From: Craspedostauros australis
Taxonomy: Eukaryota
DNA: 20,000 nucleotides
Direction: 5' to 3'
Assembly (NCBI GenBank): GCA_030167865.1
Contig: JALAGF010004049.1
Coordinates: 47,618-67,617 of the forward strand
The translations under genes were made by a program, and so were the position numbers. The notes beneath the pieces were generated by a model. That model did not search any database and was not told where the DNA came from. It saw only the letters and a program-made list of their open reading frames with translations. The number at the start of each line of letters is the position of its first letter. The stretch's first letter is position 1. Below, one piece after another: positions 17,403 through 20,000 of this stretch.

Positions 17403-19172
17403 ATGCCGGGACCACGCATCACAGCGCAGCAACTGGAGCAGCACCAGCGACATCGGTTGCTGAGGCAGATCATGAAGGGTGATAGCAGCGGCAGTGGTGC
17501 CAAGGATGGCGCCAACGACAGTGTCAAGACCAGCAAGAACAAGAACAAGGGGAGCAGCAGCAGCAAGAACAAGAACAATGGAACCAGCAGCAAGGGAACC
17601 AGCAAGGGAACTAGCAAGGGGAGAGAGAAGAGGGTGGGCCTGGGAGCATGGCTGAAGAAGAACAACATGTCGGGAAGCATGAACATTGGCATCAGCATGA
17701 TGAGCAAGGGAAGTCGCAGCGACCACACCAGCGGCTACACGAAGGGAGGCGGTAACAGCAAGGGCAGTATTGGCAACAGCAGCAGGTACGGCTCTGCTTC
17801 CACGAGAGACAGCTGCAACAAGTCCGTCTCTTCGAGCAGAACAGCCAAGACGGTCGCATCCACGGAGGAATCCAGCTTCTCAGTTTCGGAACTCGCAGGA
17901 CCCTCGACGGCGCCATCCACTCCTTCGGCGCTCTCCACCCTGTCCACCCATTCATTGCCACCTCTGTCTGCCTCCAAGAATGTCACCCCAGGCAGCAGCA
18001 GCAAGCGACGCACGAACAACCACAACCACAATGACACCCACAATGAGAACATCAACGTGAGCGTGAGCGTGAGTCTGCATGACGCTGTGAATGTTGATGT
18101 GAGCTCCAATGTGAATGGTAGCAACAGCAACAACAACCAAAGAAGAAGGCACAAGAACGTTCGCTTCCATTCCGATCGCAACCTGGTGTCCGTGCGGCGC
18201 ATCGCCGGCCTCGACTCCTACAGCAACGACGAATGGGGCGCCTGCTTCTACTCGCGGCCTGAGTTCGACGCCATCACCCAGAAGGCCCACAAGGTCATCG
18301 CCAAGTACACCAAGCAGTTCCACAAGGCCAAGCAGACGGACGGCCGCCGCAGGAGCAACGAATCGGGCGACGACGGCATCCCCACCACGGACCCCTCCTC
18401 CCTCTTCAACTACACCAGCAGCAACAAGAAGCTCTGCATCCGCGGCCTAGAGAAGTTCTTCACGCAGCGACAGAACGAGGTGGACGACATCCGCATCAAG
18501 GCCATCGACATCGTCATGGACATCCAGGACGAGCAGTGGCAGTGGGGCCATGACGATGGCAACGAGCAGATCGCCAAGCAGTACCATCAATGCACCAAGC
18601 ACTGCTTGCTGCAGGCGCAGGAGCGGGCGAATCATGATGCCCGGGCCATCCAGAAGTACATCAAGAGGAGCAGGAGTCGCAGCATGGACAGGATCCAACA
18701 TCAGGATCCAGCCAACGATGCGCCTGCCAAACCGCTGCATCTCTTCATGGAACAGCAGACCTCCTCCCTGGTTCCCACCGATGATGATGAGGACACCATC
18801 GTCACGGCGGAGTCGGACCTCCTGGACACCGTCCCCTTGCACAGACCCCTCGCAGACGTGCGCGATCCCACGCGACGCCGGCGACCCCAGCTGCCACAGC
18901 AGGCCAAGCTCATCGCGATGCAGCGACGCCTCTCGGAAGAGATCGAACGCTTCGATCCCAACCTCCTGCTTGCAACGAAGGATGACTGCGCACGCGACGC
19001 GGCTCCACGTGCCCGCCGCAATGCGGTCGTCGTGCTCACCAAGAGCGAGATGAAGCGATCCATGGCGCCGGGGCAGGTCAAGATCACCAAGGATGTCAGA
19101 CGCAATCTGTCGCAGCAGATCGTGCAGTTCGATGCCAAGAAGTTGAAGCAGATGGTGCGATCCAATCAGTGA
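17403..19172 (+). CDS. Hypothetical protein of the diatom 'VxF...Y/W-S..E...C.RGLE...VL..Q...IA..Y' family, 589 aa, with an RVxF-type motif and C-terminal beta-thymosin/WH2-like repeats
   Basis: Long ORF. The track start at 17103 is TTG; the first ATG is at 17403 (AGAACCATG), after an AT-rich stretch. Core 18153-18650: KNVRF...VSVRRI..LDSYSNDEWGACFYSRPEFDAI...LCIRGLEKF...AIDIVMDIQDEQ...EQIAKQYHQCTKHCLLQAQERANHDA. I recognise this pattern from recalled diatom hypothetical proteins, not from a search. Confidence 0.88.
   Translation: MPGPRITAQQLEQHQRHRLLRQIMKGDSSGSGAKDGANDSVKTSKNKNKGSSSSKNKNNGTSSKGTSKGTSKGREKRVGLGAWLKKNNMSGSMNIGISMMSKGSRSDHTSGYTKGGGNSKGSIGNSSRYGSASTRDSCNKSVSSSRTAKTVASTEESSFSVSELAGPSTAPSTPSALSTLSTHSLPPLSASKNVTPGSSSKRRTNNHNHNDTHNENINVSVSVSLHDAVNVDVSSNVNGSNSNNNQRRRHKNVRFHSDRNLVSVRRIAGLDSYSNDEWGACFYSRPEFDAITQKAHKVIAKYTKQFHKAKQTDGRRRSNESGDDGIPTTDPSSLFNYTSSNKKLCIRGLEKFFTQRQNEVDDIRIKAIDIVMDIQDEQWQWGHDDGNEQIAKQYHQCTKHCLLQAQERANHDARAIQKYIKRSRSRSMDRIQHQDPANDAPAKPLHLFMEQQTSSLVPTDDDEDTIVTAESDLLDTVPLHRPLADVRDPTRRRRPQLPQQAKLIAMQRRLSEEIERFDPNLLLATKDDCARDAAPRARRNAVVVLTKSEMKRSMAPGQVKITKDVRRNLSQQIVQFDAKKLKQMVRSNQ
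17531..17620 (+). repeat. Coding tandem duplications (SKNKN x2; SKGT/SKG x3)
   Basis: cagcaagaacaagaacaa occurs twice, followed by agcaagggaacc agcaagggaact agcaaggg. Confidence 0.85.
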
Positions 19173-19440
19173 ACGGGGTGTCTATCAGCGCTCATAATTG
19201 AAGAGTATGGTGGAACTTAACTTAACTGGGCTCTGCTTGGCTAAGCTTGGCTTCTTTAGAAAGAACATCGACCACACATGTCAGCATGGCACTTTGTATG
19301 AGTATGTTGGATGGCGGATAGTAGATGGTGGTTCAGATCGATGTTCTCTCCAGCGAGGCTAACTGGGAGACAGATAGGAGGTTTTGTGCAGCACACTGTG
19401 ATATCCACGAGGAAATTCTGTCGCGATAGAGGACCCCTGA

Positions 19441-19495
19441 TGTCTCAGGAGACAAACTTTTTGACCTTTGTGCGAGGACCTTGTCTCCTGAGACA
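19441..19495. repeat. Perfect 15-bp inverted repeat whose arms each contain a TGTCTC-NN-GAGACA palindrome
   Basis: TGTCTCAGGAGACAA (19441-19455) and TTGTCTCCTGAGACA (19481-19495), with a 25-nt spacer. Confidence 0.9.
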
Positions 19496-20000
19496 AAACC
19501 AAAAATAACACGACGTTTCCTCGCGATGGGAAAAGTGGTCGACCAGTTGGACTAAAACTAGAATTGGACACTCGTCTCGTCACACATTTTCTTCGTGTAT
19601 TTTCTTCGTACATTTTTGTTGTCCACGTTTTCACGTAGTAATGGCGTAGTTTCGGACACTCGGTAGGTGTTGTCGTTGTTTGCATTCAATATAAAGTTGC
19701 TTGCTCTCTAATTTTAAGCAATGCTATTGCGAATAACACACTGGCGACTACCATAACAAGAATAACACAGAGATTAAACCCACTTATGAGGCTGCGCTGG
19801 TGGCGCTATTCTCCGTCTCCTTTCAACTTCGTGCGGGGCACGAAGGGAGCACGGAATCTATGCTTTGTGTGTGTATGCTGTTTATGTGGTTTTCTCCTTG
19901 TGTGCTGCCAAGGGCGTCTTTGCCAGTGGGGGAGGGGGGTTGGGTGAGCTTGTTGTCTGCATTTCAGCCACTTGAGCAGGGCGCCAGAGGCGGCCGGTTT

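Noticed and set aside
17531-17790. Ser/Lys/Gly-rich repeats suggesting a silaffin or cingulin-type biosilica protein
   Set aside because: There is no signal peptide, lysine spacing is mostly not KxxK, and the rest of the protein looks cytosolic.
19441-19495. TGTCTC palindromes as auxin-response elements
   Set aside because: ARF factors are a green-lineage family, and the 2-bp spacing differs from known ARF inverted-repeat sites.

Overview
Eukaryotic nuclear DNA, most consistent with a pennate diatom. This is inferred from the gene families, the long low-complexity intron-poor CDSs and the CA-rich leaders; it is not proven. Four protein genes are supportable. (1) 5169-7130 (+) encodes a protein with two C-terminal helicase-associated (HA) domains and no helicase. 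(2) A minus-strand gene that the ORF track splits in two (9617..11629 and 7954..9549) is joined by a 265-nt phase-0 GT-AG intron (9379-9643), giving a ~985-aa S/P-rich, coiled-coil protein with a C-terminal membrane anchor. (3) 13493-15496 (+) is an HSF-type transcription factor with an atypical recognition helix and repeated F-H-P-x-P-L-x-R-L-x-S motifs. (4) 17403-19172 (+) belongs to the uncharacterised diatom 'VxF...RGLE' family; it combines a PP1-docking-type KNVRF motif with two beta-thymosin/WH2-like repeats flanking a PKI-like RRNAV motif, and is the most interesting item in the window. Bases 1-5100, 11700-13400, 15500-17300 and 19200-20000 hold no gene I can support, only microsatellites, a few hairpins and a twin-palindrome element near 19.44-19.50 kb. 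No rRNA, tRNA, CRISPR or intact mobile element was seen.
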